Shown: positions 1 through 10,225, counted from the first letter of the stretch. The stretch: 64,000 nt of DNA from Spirochaetia bacterium (GCA_034520965.1 JAXHMY010000001.1:352001-416000); one strand, 5' to 3'. Translations and numbers: made by a program. The notes: generated by a model not told the origin, from the letters alone.

Positions 1-1892
1 TAGTTGAAGTAGTAGCTCATGATTTCTTTGGTCCGGAACATAAAAAAACACTAAAGGTGTACGTAAAGGATGAGACCGCTACTGGAGTGCTGGTGTGTTT
101 CAACCGCAATTTTCTGCAGCATGTTCTAAAAGTCGGGCATCAATTTTATCTGTACGGACAATTCTCATACCGCTTCGGAGACTTGCAGTCAAGCAGCTTC
201 GAAGCCGAACCGTATCCCTCGGAACACACAAAGTTTGGATCGATTCTGCCGGTGTATCCGCTTTCAGGTAAATTGAACCAGTCTGTACTGCGGAAGGCGG
301 TACAAGACGCACTAACAACATACGGAAAATATATCGACAACGAGCTGCCGGAGAACATCCGCAGTCATTACCGCTACATGGAAAAGCGAAGGGCTCTTGC
401 GCAGCTCCATTTCCCTGACTCCCATGACTCTGCCGCCCAGGCGCGGCAGAGCCTGGCCTACGAGGAGTTGCTCTATTTTCAATTAGTAGTTGCCCGCCAC
501 TCTCTGGCTCGTAAAGACAGTCGCCGCAGCCCCGAAATTCTCCCGGAAAAGCTGCAGCGCAGTTGCCTAGGGAACCTTCCCTTTTCCCTCACCGCCGACC
601 AGCGCAGCGTACTCACAGAGATCAAACAGGATCTGGACAGTGCACACCCAATGGGGAGGCTCCTGCAGGGTGATGTGGGTTCCGGAAAAACTTTAGTTGC
701 ATTCTTAGCGGCACTGCCGGTAATCGAAGCTGGGTACCAGGCCGCATTTTTAGCCCCAACTGAGCTTTTAGCCCGGCAGCATGCGGAAAAAGCGGCGGAA
801 CTGCTGGAGCCGCTGGGGGTGAGAGTTGCTTTTCTCAGCGGCAATGTGGACAAAAATGCACGGAGACCTCTGCTGGATGCCCTCCATACCGGAGAGATTG
901 ACCTGCTTATCGGTACCCACGCCCTGTTTACCCGGGAAGTGGTGTTTCAAAGCCTGCGCTTTGTCATAATCGATGAACAGCACAAATTTGGGGTAGAACA
1001 GCGCTCCCAGCTGATGGAAAAGGGCTCCGCCCCCGACCTGCTGCTAATGACCGCAACCCCGATTCCCCGAACCTTAACTTTGACATTTTTCGGAGACCTG
1101 GATGTGTCCTCCATCCACACTATGCCGCCGGGGAGGAAAGAAGTTGTAACCCACCTCGCCCGTCAGTCAAATGCCGATAAGGTGTATAGCGCAGTTCGCC
1201 ACGAACTGGAACGCGGGCATCAGGCCTATTTTGTGTATCCCCTGATTCGGGGTACCCTGCTTCGGGGTACAGAGAGAAGCTCTTTGAAAGACGCCGAAGG
1301 GGCTGCCGAGCATCTTAGCTCTGCTATCTTTCCCGATTTTAAAGTAGCACTTATTCATTCGAAAATACGTGAAGAAGAGAAGTTGGAACGGATGCACGCC
1401 TTCTCCAAGGGAGATGTCGATGTTCTGGTATCCACCAGCGTGGTGGAAGTTGGGGTAGATATCAAAAATGCAACATGTATGGTCATCGAGCATGCCGAAC
1501 GCTTCGGACTAGCCGGGCTGCATCAGCTGCGAGGACGGGTCGGCCGCAGCACATTGCAATCTTACGCCTTTCTGGTATACTCCGAAGAGCTTACCGAAGA
1601 GGGCAAGCAACGCCTGATGGTCATGAAACAAAGTAGTGATGGTTTTTTTATCGCCGAGGAAGATCTCAAGATCCGCGGGCCGGGAGAAGTGACCGGCACC
1701 CGCCAGTCAGGTTTTATGCGGCTCAAATTTGCCGATTTAAGTGAAGATCTTACCCTGCTGGATGAGGCGCGCAAGGATGCGTTTCGGATTATTAAGGCTG
1801 ATCCGGGCTTACTGCAGCCGAACCACCAGCAACTGCGGCGTACACTTGAATGCTGTCCGCCCTTTCCGGAAGACACACTGACCGGGGGCTGA
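1..1892 (+). CDS. recG: ATP-dependent DNA helicase RecG (5' part outside window)
   Basis: Frame open from window start; LLQGDVGSGKT, DEQH, MTATPIPRTL, QLRGRVGR and DLKIRGPGE motifs. Confidence 0.97.
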   Translation, partial: VEVVAHDFFGPEHKKTLKVYVKDETATGVLVCFNRNFLQHVLKVGHQFYLYGQFSYRFGDLQSSSFEAEPYPSEHTKFGSILPVYPLSGKLNQSVLRKAVQDALTTYGKYIDNELPENIRSHYRYMEKRRALAQLHFPDSHDSAAQARQSLAYEELLYFQLVVARHSLARKDSRRSPEILPEKLQRSCLGNLPFSLTADQRSVLTEIKQDLDSAHPMGRLLQGDVGSGKTLVAFLAALPVIEAGYQAAFLAPTELLARQHAEKAAELLEPLGVRVAFLSGNVDKNARRPLLDALHTGEIDLLIGTHALFTREVVFQSLRFVIIDEQHKFGVEQRSQLMEKGSAPDLLLMTATPIPRTLTLTFFGDLDVSSIHTMPPGRKEVVTHLARQSNADKVYSAVRHELERGHQAYFVYPLIRGTLLRGTERSSLKDAEGAAEHLSSAIFPDFKVALIHSKIREEEKLERMHAFSKGDVDVLVSTSVVEVGVDIKNATCMVIEHAERFGLAGLHQLRGRVGRSTLQSYAFLVYSEELTEEGKQRLMVMKQSSDGFFIAEEDLKIRGPGEVTGTRQSGFMRLKFADLSEDLTLLDEARKDAFRIIKADPGLLQPNHQQLRRTLECCPPFPEDTLTGG

Positions 1893-1939
1893 GGCCGACA
1901 CACCGCTAAATAGACACACCGATAGTAAAGGGAGAACGC

Positions 1940-2488
1940 ATGAGAATAACCGGAGGAATCTACCGCAGCCGAAGAGTTCAATGTCCCCCAGGAGTTATCC
2001 GACCGGCCATGGACAGAATGCGGGAATCGATGTTTTCGATATTAGGTGATATCGGAGGACTTTCATTTCTTGATCTCTTCACAGGCTCGGGAGTAGTGGG
2101 CATTGAAGCCGCCTCACGTGGAGCGGAACCGGTGGTTTTGGTAGAAAAGGACCGTCGGAAAACACCAGTGATTCGTAAAAACATCTCCTTTGTCGAGAGC
2201 CAGATCCGGCTGCTTATACAACCAGCCGAACGCTACATTGCTACGCAGGCATCCCGCCGGGATACCAACTTTGATATCATCTACCTGGATCCACCGTTTA
2301 AATACGAAGAAAAAATTGAACTAATTCGCTCAGTAGCTCGGAGCGGCCTCTTGGCGCCGCAAGGTCGCTGCCTAATTCACCACCCCACACCGGAACAATG
2401 GCCGGAACATATCGAGCAGCTGGAGGTGAGCGATGTAAGGGCCTACGGTGGGTCGACACTTCGTTTTTTTAGATGGATTGAGGCTTAG
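1940..2488 (+). CDS. rsmD: 16S rRNA m2G966 methyltransferase
   Basis: MRITGG start, LDLFTGSG SAM motif, DPPF motif; follows recG. Confidence 0.92.
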   Translation: MRITGGIYRSRRVQCPPGVIRPAMDRMRESMFSILGDIGGLSFLDLFTGSGVVGIEAASRGAEPVVLVEKDRRKTPVIRKNISFVESQIRLLIQPAERYIATQASRRDTNFDIIYLDPPFKYEEKIELIRSVARSGLLAPQGRCLIHHPTPEQWPEHIEQLEVSDVRAYGGSTLRFFRWIEA

Positions 2489-2598
2489 TTGCCATAGCAG
2501 GAACATATCAGAATCGTTACCTTAGCGACGGAATCCCTTTCCGCGCTGCTTGGCTTTTGGTATAGTAGAAAGGAATTACCGGTACTAAGGAGGACTCA

Positions 2599-3687
2599 GT
2601 GACGGATTCACGAAAGCGATATTTACAAGTGCCTCAGGGAACGGAAGGAGTTCATCTGGAGGAGGCCTACCGCCACCGAAGGATTACGCAAGAACTCAAT
2701 CAACTGTTTACCCAATGGGGATATCTGCCGGTGGAGACGCCGGTATTTGACTTTTACGATATTTACGAGCCCCTGCTGCGCAGCAGTGCCCGGGATGTGT
2801 ACCGTCTGATCGATCGAGAGGGAGACCTGCTTATGCTCCGTTCCGATATCACCCTGTTTTTGGCCAAACAAATGGGCCTATGGCTGCGGGAAGAAGACCT
2901 GCCGACTGAGGTGCGCTATGCAGATACCATATTGCGCCATCAGAGTGCTGAAGATATTTCCAAAAATGAGTTCTTTCAGACGGGAGCCGAACTAATCGGT
3001 AAAGCCGGCAGTGACGCTGATCTGGAAGTTCTGCTGTTGCTGGAGAGTATCTTTATGAAGCTCGGGGTTACTAGCAGCATTCACCTTGGCTCCCACCAAT
3101 TTCTTACTCTCGCCTTAAAAGAGTTCGATGAAACTGAGCTAAAAGAGGCGGTTCAGGCAATTCGGAACCGGGAACAAAAAAAACTGCATTCAATGATAGA
3201 AACCCACACATCCGTTCGCCGGGCAGATGTTATTACTACTCTGTTCAGCTTCATCGGAAACAGAGAAGAATTCAGCAAGGCGATTATGCACTATGAAGGC
3301 ATTCTGCATAACGAAGAGATAGAATCGCTGCAGTATTTAGCGGAACTGGTCGAGCAAATGGAAGAACTTGGATATGCAAGGGATGTACGAATCGATCTCT
3401 CCGAGATCGGAACTCAGCCTTATTACACCGGTATTGTTTTCCAGGTGTATCAAGCCGGTTTGGATGATGCAGTGGCATCGGGAGGCCGTTACGACAAACT
3501 TCTCAGCCGCTTTGGTTTCGACTGCCCCTCGGTCGGATTCTCGATGATGCTGCGTAAGATTGAAGATCAAGTGGCCGATAGATTCGGTCTGCCTGAAGAT
3601 ATCGTCAAAGTAGAAGGTGAAACCTTTGCAGAGGCTTTTCGCGCCGCTCAGCAGATCCGCAAAGAGGGAGGAATTGCAATACAATGA
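2599..3687 (+). CDS. hisZ: ATP phosphoribosyltransferase regulatory subunit
   Basis: HisRS-like motifs (LRSDIT, EFFQTGAELIG, YYTGIVF, SGGRYD) with no anticodon domain; overlaps short hisG by ATGA; AAGGAGG SD before GTG. Confidence 0.92.
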   Translation: MTDSRKRYLQVPQGTEGVHLEEAYRHRRITQELNQLFTQWGYLPVETPVFDFYDIYEPLLRSSARDVYRLIDREGDLLMLRSDITLFLAKQMGLWLREEDLPTEVRYADTILRHQSAEDISKNEFFQTGAELIGKAGSDADLEVLLLLESIFMKLGVTSSIHLGSHQFLTLALKEFDETELKEAVQAIRNREQKKLHSMIETHTSVRRADVITTLFSFIGNREEFSKAIMHYEGILHNEEIESLQYLAELVEQMEELGYARDVRIDLSEIGTQPYYTGIVFQVYQAGLDDAVASGGRYDKLLSRFGFDCPSVGFSMMLRKIEDQVADRFGLPEDIVKVEGETFAEAFRAAQQIRKEGGIAIQ

Positions 3688-4382
3688 GTTTGAACTTAGA
3701 ATCCGCAGCACCACTTACTATGGCATTGCCGAAGGGTCGTCTCTTTGAGCAAGTACAGGAATATTTTGCCGAAAAGGGTTTCCATTTTAAATTTGAAAAG
3801 CGTCGCTTAGTAGCCCACGATGAAAGCGGCCTGTTAAAGATATTTTTGGTAAAGAACGCAGATTTGCCTACCTACGTGAATCATGGAATAGCAGGTCTGG
3901 GAATCTCCGGAGAGGATGTCTTGTATGAGACAGGGCTGCGCTTCTTTCAATTGATGCAGTTTGATTTTGGCTCAACCGAGATGTGCCTTGCCGCCCGGGA
4001 AGGGTATGGAAAGCCTAATACTATCCGGACGGTGTCGGTTGCCACCAAGTTTCCGCGCTTTGCACGGGACTATTTTTATAGCCAAGGAGTGCCGATACAG
4101 ATAATAAAGCTGAACGGTTCGGTAGAGCTGGCGCCTATTTTAGGCTTAGCACCGTACATAGTCGACTTAGTCGAAACAGGAAACACCCTGCGGGCCAATA
4201 ATTTAGAGGTAGTAGACACACTGAAGAAAATCAATGTGCACCTGATTGCAAACCCCTCCTATTACAAGCTGAACTATCGGCGCATAAACCGATTTGTGGA
4301 AGCTTTGCAGCCTGGGGCACAGAACACTTCTATGGACAGCACCATTGAAAACAGCTCAGAAGCCAAGCGCGGGCAGCTATAA
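3684..4382 (+). CDS. hisG: ATP phosphoribosyltransferase, short form
   Basis: ALPKGRL, VATKFP, LNGSVELAP, IVDLVETGNTLRANNL. Confidence 0.95.
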   Translation: MSLNLESAAPLTMALPKGRLFEQVQEYFAEKGFHFKFEKRRLVAHDESGLLKIFLVKNADLPTYVNHGIAGLGISGEDVLYETGLRFFQLMQFDFGSTEMCLAAREGYGKPNTIRTVSVATKFPRFARDYFYSQGVPIQIIKLNGSVELAPILGLAPYIVDLVETGNTLRANNLEVVDTLKKINVHLIANPSYYKLNYRRINRFVEALQPGAQNTSMDSTIENSSEAKRGQL

Positions 4383-4445
4383 AGAAAATAGCCGTATCCG
4401 GCTATTTTCGTCGTTTCGGTTGCCGCTACGCGGCATGCGAAACTA
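4382..4445. repeat. REP-like double-hairpin motif, copy 1
   Basis: GAAAATAGCCG-tatc-CGGCTATTTTC followed by GTTTCGGTTGCCGC-tac-GCGGCATGCGAAACTA; matches 33301-33361 and 15164-15199. Confidence 0.8.
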
Positions 4446-4469
4446 AACAAAAACTAAGGAGATCAAAAA

Positions 4470-5055
4470 ATGAGCAGCCGACTTATAAATATTGAACGGA
4501 GTACCCGCGAAACGTCTATCGCACTTAGTCTCGATTTCGATGCACCCCTCCAATCTGTAGATACGGGGCTGCCCTTCTTTGATCATATTCTCACATCCAT
4601 GGCTTACCACGGTTTTTTCGGACTTACGATTAAAGCTGCTGGGGATGTACAGGTCGATGCACACCACCTGGTTGAAGACGTCGGTATTGCCCTGGGCAGT
4701 GCACTTCAACAAACCGTGCAGCAGTACGGGCATGTGGAGCGTTATGGACAAAGCCTTATTCCAATGGACGAGGCTTTGAGTGAAAGCGGTGATAGATGTA
4801 AGCGGACGCCCCTATTTGGTGTACAGCGCCGACTATCCGCAGGAGTACTGTGGACAATTCCCCACCCCACTGATCCGTGAATTTCTGTATGCTCTGGCCC
4901 ATAACGCACAGATTAACTTGCATGCCCATTGCCGCTACGGAGAAAACAGCCACCATATGGTAGAGGCCCTGTTCAAGGCACTCGGCCGAGCCTTTAAGAC
5001 AGCCTATCGCAGGAGTGATCGCAGTGAACCCTCCTCAACCAAAGGGATTTTATAA
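4470..5055 (+). CDS. hisB: Imidazoleglycerol-phosphate dehydratase (one frameshift near 4783, probably a sequence error)
   Basis: RSTRET, FFDHIL, DAHHLVEDVG and PMDEAL in the first frame; GENSHHMVEALFKA and PSSTKG in the second; extra A in GAAAGCG. Confidence 0.92.
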
Positions 5056-5226
5056 ATACTGCAGCCTGACGCTTTTCAGTTTAGCTGTTAGCAAGGCTGA
5101 GCAAGGCTAATTTATGGACTTTTTTAGTAATAATTGATATATTAAACTTAGAAATGGATTTGTAAAAAACCGTATTGTGTTTCATTTCTATTTAAATTAT
5201 ATTACACTTTAACTGTAAACAAAAGA

Positions 5227-5562
5227 ATGAAAAAAGAAGATGCCTTAAGCAAAATGCCGAAAGAAGGATTCCTCAAAATAACACCTTCCGGCACGGGGGC
5301 TCTTAAACCGGAACAAAAAGTTGCTCTTATTCGTAAGGGTAATGCGTTTTTTAATCAAGGTGATATCGACACTGCAAAGCGCATCTTCATCACAACCGGA
5401 TACAGCGACGGTTTAGAGCGAGTCGGTGATTACCATCAACAGCAAGGCGATATACTGGAAGCGCTGCGAATGTACTGGATAGCTCCGGCGCCCGGAAAAA
5501 AGCAGCAGCTTATTGAACAATGCGCTGCGCTGGTGCAGTATTGGATCAATGAGAAAGGATAA
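5227..5562 (+). CDS. Hypothetical protein, TPR-like helical
   Basis: 111-aa ORF co-oriented and closely spaced with the downstream TPR gene; LIRKGNAFFNQGDIDTAKRIF helix pair. Confidence 0.75.
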   Translation: MKKEDALSKMPKEGFLKITPSGTGALKPEQKVALIRKGNAFFNQGDIDTAKRIFITTGYSDGLERVGDYHQQQGDILEALRMYWIAPAPGKKQQLIEQCAALVQYWINEKG

Positions 5563-5570
5563 TTGAATAT

Positions 5571-6758
5571 ATGAGTGATTTTGAGAAAGAGCACTTTGAA
5601 CATTCTGAATCTGAAGAATTTTCTGATTCCGAAGAACAATCCGCAATTACTCCCGAAGGATTGAATGAAGAGGAACTAAACCAAATTTCCGAGCTCTCAA
5701 AGCGGGGTTACCAGCTTTTAAAAGAGAATCTTGTGAAGGAAGCGGAAAAGAGCTTCAATCAGATATTAGATATTGATAGCACGAATAATTACGCCCTGGT
5801 CGGTTTAGGGGATGCGGCTCGGAAGAAGCATGAGTACCGTAAAGCTATCGGCTATTATCAGAACTGTCTTGAGAACCATGCCGGCAATAATTACGCCTTG
5901 TTTGGACTTGCCGACTGCTATAAAGCACTGAACAGATATAATGATGCGATAAAAATCTGGGAACAATACCTCCAACACGATGACAACAACGTAACAGTGC
6001 TTACACGAGTGGCCGATGCCTACCGTAAGGTCAAAGATTTTCGCCGTTCAAAAGAGATCTATCTGAAGGTTCTGGAAGTTGAGCCCGATAACCCTTATGC
6101 CTTGATAGGTCTTGGGCACCTGCATTACGACTTTAGGGAGTATGAAGACGCCCTGCACTACTGGGAACGGATGCTCGAGGTAAAACAGGATAATGTCGAC
6201 ATCCGGGTACTGACCAGTTTAGGTAATTGTCACCGTAAGCTCAAAACTTACGATAAGGGGCTTAAGTACTTTCAGCAGGCCTTGGAACTCGAACCCAATA
6301 ACTTTTATGCTCTGTTCGGTTTGGCCGACTGTTACCGCGGTTTAAACAAGCATACCGAATCATTAGAGTACTGGCATAAAATATTAAAACTCGATCCAAA
6401 CAATAAAGTTATTCTTACCCGAGCCGGCGATGCATACCGCAGCATGGGGGATTATGACAATGGAGAGGAATACTACCACGCGGCACTGAATATCGAGTTC
6501 GATATGTATGCAATTCTTGGTCTATCCTTAATCAACAAGGCTCGTGGTAATTACGAGGATGCCATAGATAGTTTGTACGGTTTATTGCGTAATGATCCTA
6601 AAAACCACCGGCTTTATACCGAAATTGCAGAGTGCTATATGGCCTTAGGTAAACGACATAAGGCCATTGATATTCTCAATGAGTTTCATAAGCTGGGCAT
6701 TCGCAATCCCTATGTGGCCAAACTTTTAGAAAGGCTTCAACAAGGCGGGAACATATAG
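5571..6758 (+). CDS. Tetratricopeptide-repeat protein
   Basis: About 10 regular 34-aa repeats (NNYALxGLxD.., VLTRxxDAYR). Confidence 0.9.
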   Translation: MSDFEKEHFEHSESEEFSDSEEQSAITPEGLNEEELNQISELSKRGYQLLKENLVKEAEKSFNQILDIDSTNNYALVGLGDAARKKHEYRKAIGYYQNCLENHAGNNYALFGLADCYKALNRYNDAIKIWEQYLQHDDNNVTVLTRVADAYRKVKDFRRSKEIYLKVLEVEPDNPYALIGLGHLHYDFREYEDALHYWERMLEVKQDNVDIRVLTSLGNCHRKLKTYDKGLKYFQQALELEPNNFYALFGLADCYRGLNKHTESLEYWHKILKLDPNNKVILTRAGDAYRSMGDYDNGEEYYHAALNIEFDMYAILGLSLINKARGNYEDAIDSLYGLLRNDPKNHRLYTEIAECYMALGKRHKAIDILNEFHKLGIRNPYVAKLLERLQQGGNI

Positions 6759-6763
6759 CCATC

Positions 6764-7812
6764 GTGAATTCTCTCCGGACTGTTACCTGCCGAACTTGTC
6801 GAAAAACTCAATATTTCTCCTCGATTCCGTGGAGACCAAATTTTTCAATGGATTCATCAAAAGGGTGTCTCTGAGTTTGAAGAAATGTCAAACCTGCCGG
6901 CTTCCTTCCGCGAGAGGCTTACCGTCGAATACAGCCGTGTGTCTAGCTCGACTGTGGAAACTGTTCAACAGGACAAAGACGGTACAGCAAAGATTACCAT
7001 AAAACTCTACGACAATGCGATAGTTGAGGCAGTTTTGCTTGAAGATGAAAGCGGCCGGAAAACCGCCTGCGTTTTCGAGCCAGGTAGGTTGTTCACTGGG
7101 TTGTACTTTCTGCCGTACCGCTACTATGGGCTTGATTCGCAACCTTTCTGCAGGGGAAATTGTCGAGCAGGTGCTGCACCTAAAACATCAATTCGGCACT
7201 ATAGGCAACGTTGTTTTTATGGGAATGGGCGAACCTCTGCTTAATTTGGATGAGGTAAGCAAAGCCATCGAGGTGTTGCACCATCCTGAAGGTCACAACA
7301 TCGGCATACGAAAAATTACTATTTCCACTAGTGGGATAGTCTCTGGAATAAAACGCCTCGCTGATGAAGGGCCGCATGTACGCTTAGCTCTCTCACTCAT
7401 TACCGCCGATCAGCAGCTCCGGGAGAAACTCATGCCGATTGCAAAAACAACACCCCTTGATGAGCTTCAGTCGACCCTGCAGTATTACCAAAAACAAACA
7501 GGCCGACGGATTACCCTCGAATACGTTCTTTTTCACGGTATCAACAGCCGCCAGGAAGACCTGAGGGCTCTTCACAGTTTCATTCGCTCTCTTAAAGTTA
7601 TGGTTAACATTATTCCTTGGAACCCTGTTGAAGGATTACCATACACTGAACCACAACAGAGTGAAGTTGCCGCCTTTACACAAAAACTGGAGGCAGCCGG
7701 TATCACCACCTCCCGCAGATTCAGGCGTGGCCGCGGGGTAAACGGTGCCTGCGGCCAATTAGCCGTCCCCCGAAACCAACAGCCGCCCTATAAACCCGCC
7801 GACTTCGACTAA
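6764..7812 (+). CDS. rlmN: Dual-specificity RNA methyltransferase RlmN (two apparent frameshifts, near 6770 and 7075)
   Basis: SSQVGCSLGCTFC radical-SAM motif, VFMGMGEPLLN, GACGQL; the N-terminal FRGDQIFQWIH segment lies upstream of the ORF-track start. Confidence 0.92.
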
Positions 7813-9629
7813 GTCCCTGAATCCTTAACTAGTTTCTTGCAGGCTTGAGGTACCGCCCGAATACGGCGTACTCCGGCAGAGGAGGATTGTTCTTTTTTGA
7901 TCTTAAAGCGGCCTAGTTGTGAGGTATGTTGTACATGTGGTCCGCCACAGACCTCCTTAGAAAAATCGCCGACTGAATACACCTTCACCTGTTCGCCGTA
8001 CTTGCTGTCAAAAAAGGCCAAAGCGCCCTCCTCCTTAGCCTCTTCGAGGGTCATTGTGTGCATCTGCACCGGCACATCTCGCTCGATAACATCATTTACA
8101 ATATCTTCAACCTGTTTGATCTGTTCGGGGCTCATTTTATCTGGATGGACAAAATCGAAGCGCAGCCTTTCCGGAGTAATGTTACTCCCCTTCTGCTGCA
8201 CATGCTCGCCAAGGACCATACGTAATGCCTTATGCAGTAAGTGGGTAGCTGTATGCAGAGCGGTGGTTCTGTCCGACTGGTCAGCCAGGCCGCCCTTAAA
8301 GGTTTTATCAGCTCCCTTTTTAGAAAGTTCCTGGTGCTTTTCAAAGGCTTTTTCAAAGCCCTCTCGATCGATGGTCAGGCCGTGTTCAGCAGCCAGTTCT
8401 TCGGTAATTTCAATCGGAAAACCGAAGGTATCGTATAGCTTAAAGGCTATTCGCCCGGGTATAATTTTCTTCGGATTTTTCAGTAATCCCGGCAGCATCT
8501 TCTCAAACTCATGCTCACCCTTCTTGAGGGTCGTAAAAAAACGCTCTTCCTCGGTATTCAGCTCATGTATAATACTTTCATGGTTATCGGCCAGTATTGG
8601 GTAAGCCTCACGATACATCTTCAGCACTATTTCTGCCAGTTCTGCTAAAAAATGCTGCTCTACGCCAAGCTTGCGACCGTGCCGTACTGCACGTCGAATG
8701 AGCCTACGCAGGATGTACCCCTGCCCCAGGTTTGAGGGCGTGATTGACTGCTCATCCCCCAAGATAAAGACAGAGGTTTTAATGTGATCCGCAATAATTC
8801 GAATTGAAACATCCGTAGTTTCATTCTGATGGTACTTGGCAGCACTGATTCTCTCGATTCCTTCAATAATAGGAGTAAAGACCTCGATATCATATACCGA
8901 GCCCTTACCCTGCAGAATCGCAACAGTCCGTTCAATTCCCATCCCTGTATCTACACACTTTCGCTCTAGGGGAGGGAAAGTGCCATCAGCCTTCTTATTA
9001 TACTGCATGAAAACATCATTCCACACTTCAAAATACTTTCCGCAGGAACAGCCGGGCCGACAATCCGGTCCACAGGCGGCTTTGCCCGTATCGATAAACA
9101 TCTCCGAGTCGGGACCGCAGGGACCTGTTTGACCGGCGGGACCCCACCAATTGTCTTCGCGGGGTAGATAATAAATACGGTCCTCCGGTATACCAACCGA
9201 GCGCCAGGCCTCGGCCGACTCATCATCGCGAGACACATCTTTATCGCCTTCAAAAACGGTTACCGATATTTTCTCGGGAGGAATGCCTAACCACTTGTCG
9301 GAGGTGAGGAACTCATAACTCATTTTGATGGCGCCCTCTTTGAAGTAGTCGCCTAATGACCAGTTTCCCAGCATCTCAAAAAAAGTAAGGTGACTCGAAT
9401 CGCCAACCGATTCTATGTCTCCAGTGCGGATACATTTCTGATAGTTTACCAAGCGGCTGCCTGCCGGGTGATCCTGGCCTAATAAATAGGGGACCAGGGG
9501 ATGCATACCGGCGGTGGTAAACAGTACCGTAGGGTCATTCTCCGGAACCAAGGATTTACCGGAGATTTGGGCGTGATCGTGTTCCTTAAAGAAATCGATA
9601 TATTTTTGTCTAAGTTCGTCTGCTGTCAT
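7809..9629 (-). CDS. alaS: Alanine--tRNA ligase, short form without C-Ala domain
   Basis: LFTTAGM, HLTFFEMLGNWS, DTGMGIER, HTATHLLH, EVCGGPH, GVRRIRA. Confidence 0.97.
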   Translation of the reverse strand: MTADELRQKYIDFFKEHDHAQISGKSLVPENDPTVLFTTAGMHPLVPYLLGQDHPAGSRLVNYQKCIRTGDIESVGDSSHLTFFEMLGNWSLGDYFKEGAIKMSYEFLTSDKWLGIPPEKISVTVFEGDKDVSRDDESAEAWRSVGIPEDRIYYLPREDNWWGPAGQTGPCGPDSEMFIDTGKAACGPDCRPGCSCGKYFEVWNDVFMQYNKKADGTFPPLERKCVDTGMGIERTVAILQGKGSVYDIEVFTPIIEGIERISAAKYHQNETTDVSIRIIADHIKTSVFILGDEQSITPSNLGQGYILRRLIRRAVRHGRKLGVEQHFLAELAEIVLKMYREAYPILADNHESIIHELNTEEERFFTTLKKGEHEFEKMLPGLLKNPKKIIPGRIAFKLYDTFGFPIEITEELAAEHGLTIDREGFEKAFEKHQELSKKGADKTFKGGLADQSDRTTALHTATHLLHKALRMVLGEHVQQKGSNITPERLRFDFVHPDKMSPEQIKQVEDIVNDVIERDVPVQMHTMTLEEAKEEGALAFFDSKYGEQVKVYSVGDFSKEVCGGPHVQHTSQLGRFKIKKEQSSSAGVRRIRAVPQACKKLVKDSGT

Positions 9630-9637
9630 AGATTAGA

Positions 9638-9666
9638 ATATTAGGCATGGGAAGACGAAATGTCAA
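9638..9666 (-). promoter_or_regulatory. Sigma70 promoter of alaS
   Basis: TTGACA-17 nt-TAATAT, 8 nt before the ATG; no SD. Confidence 0.7.
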
Positions 9667-9688
9667 TACTCCAGTAAATTGTGCCGGA

Positions 9689-10204
9689 TCAGAAGTCTTC
9701 CAGATCGGGATGTGAACCGTCACCTGAAAACTCCGAGAAAAAGTACACCAGTCCCCCGTTTTTCTTGCTCACCCGCAGCTCTGCATAGTTTTTCTCCACC
9801 AACTTCTCTAACGCCGATTTTACCTCGTCCAGACTGCGTTCACTCTCTAAAGCTACTTCAGAGGGGGTGGCAACTCCGTTATTGTGCTTCGCAGTTTGCA
9901 GTATGACCTGTTCAAGCGGGTGCCGGCGCCCTTTGTCAGTACGGTCTCCATAGGACATCCCGCCTACCGGTCGCATGGCCTGCTGTTGTCCATACAGGGC
10001 GTTTCTCCATCCTGTACGTAGATTTGCCTCACGCACTTGCAAGGGAAGGGTAATAAAATCATACACCGAACCAATTCCAAACAGTCCGCCGGTAATGATA
10101 TACAGCAGTCCCGTACCTATTTTTCCTAAATAAAATCTATGAAAACCCAGTACACCGAAACCGGATATTAGCCACAATAAATATGCTATTCCTGTTGAAT
10201 ACAC
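9689..10204 (-). CDS. TM2-domain membrane protein with C-terminal winged-helix-like domain
   Basis: AYLLWL..G.LGFHRFYLGK.GTGLLY TM2 signature; C-terminal TPSEVALESERSLDEVKSALEKL. Confidence 0.85.
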   Translation of the reverse strand: MYSTGIAYLLWLISGFGVLGFHRFYLGKIGTGLLYIITGGLFGIGSVYDFITLPLQVREANLRTGWRNALYGQQQAMRPVGGMSYGDRTDKGRRHPLEQVILQTAKHNNGVATPSEVALESERSLDEVKSALEKLVEKNYAELRVSKKNGGLVYFFSEFSGDGSHPDLEDF

Positions 10205-10225
10205 CCTCTCTCCTCCTCTACCGAT

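Noticed and set aside
1898..1921. Direct repeat GACACACCG x2 after recG (also AGCAAGGCT x2 near 5090-5108)
   Set aside because: Too short and unique to support a regulatory call
2489..2598. His-operon attenuator or leader peptide upstream of hisZ
   Set aside because: No His-codon-rich short ORF and no terminator/antiterminator pair seen
4770..4800. Programmed frameshift in hisB (also considered for rlmN, rho, lnt, exbD)
   Set aside because: No consistent slippery heptamer or stimulator; these look like simple 1-bp indels, many in homopolymers, scattered across unrelated genes
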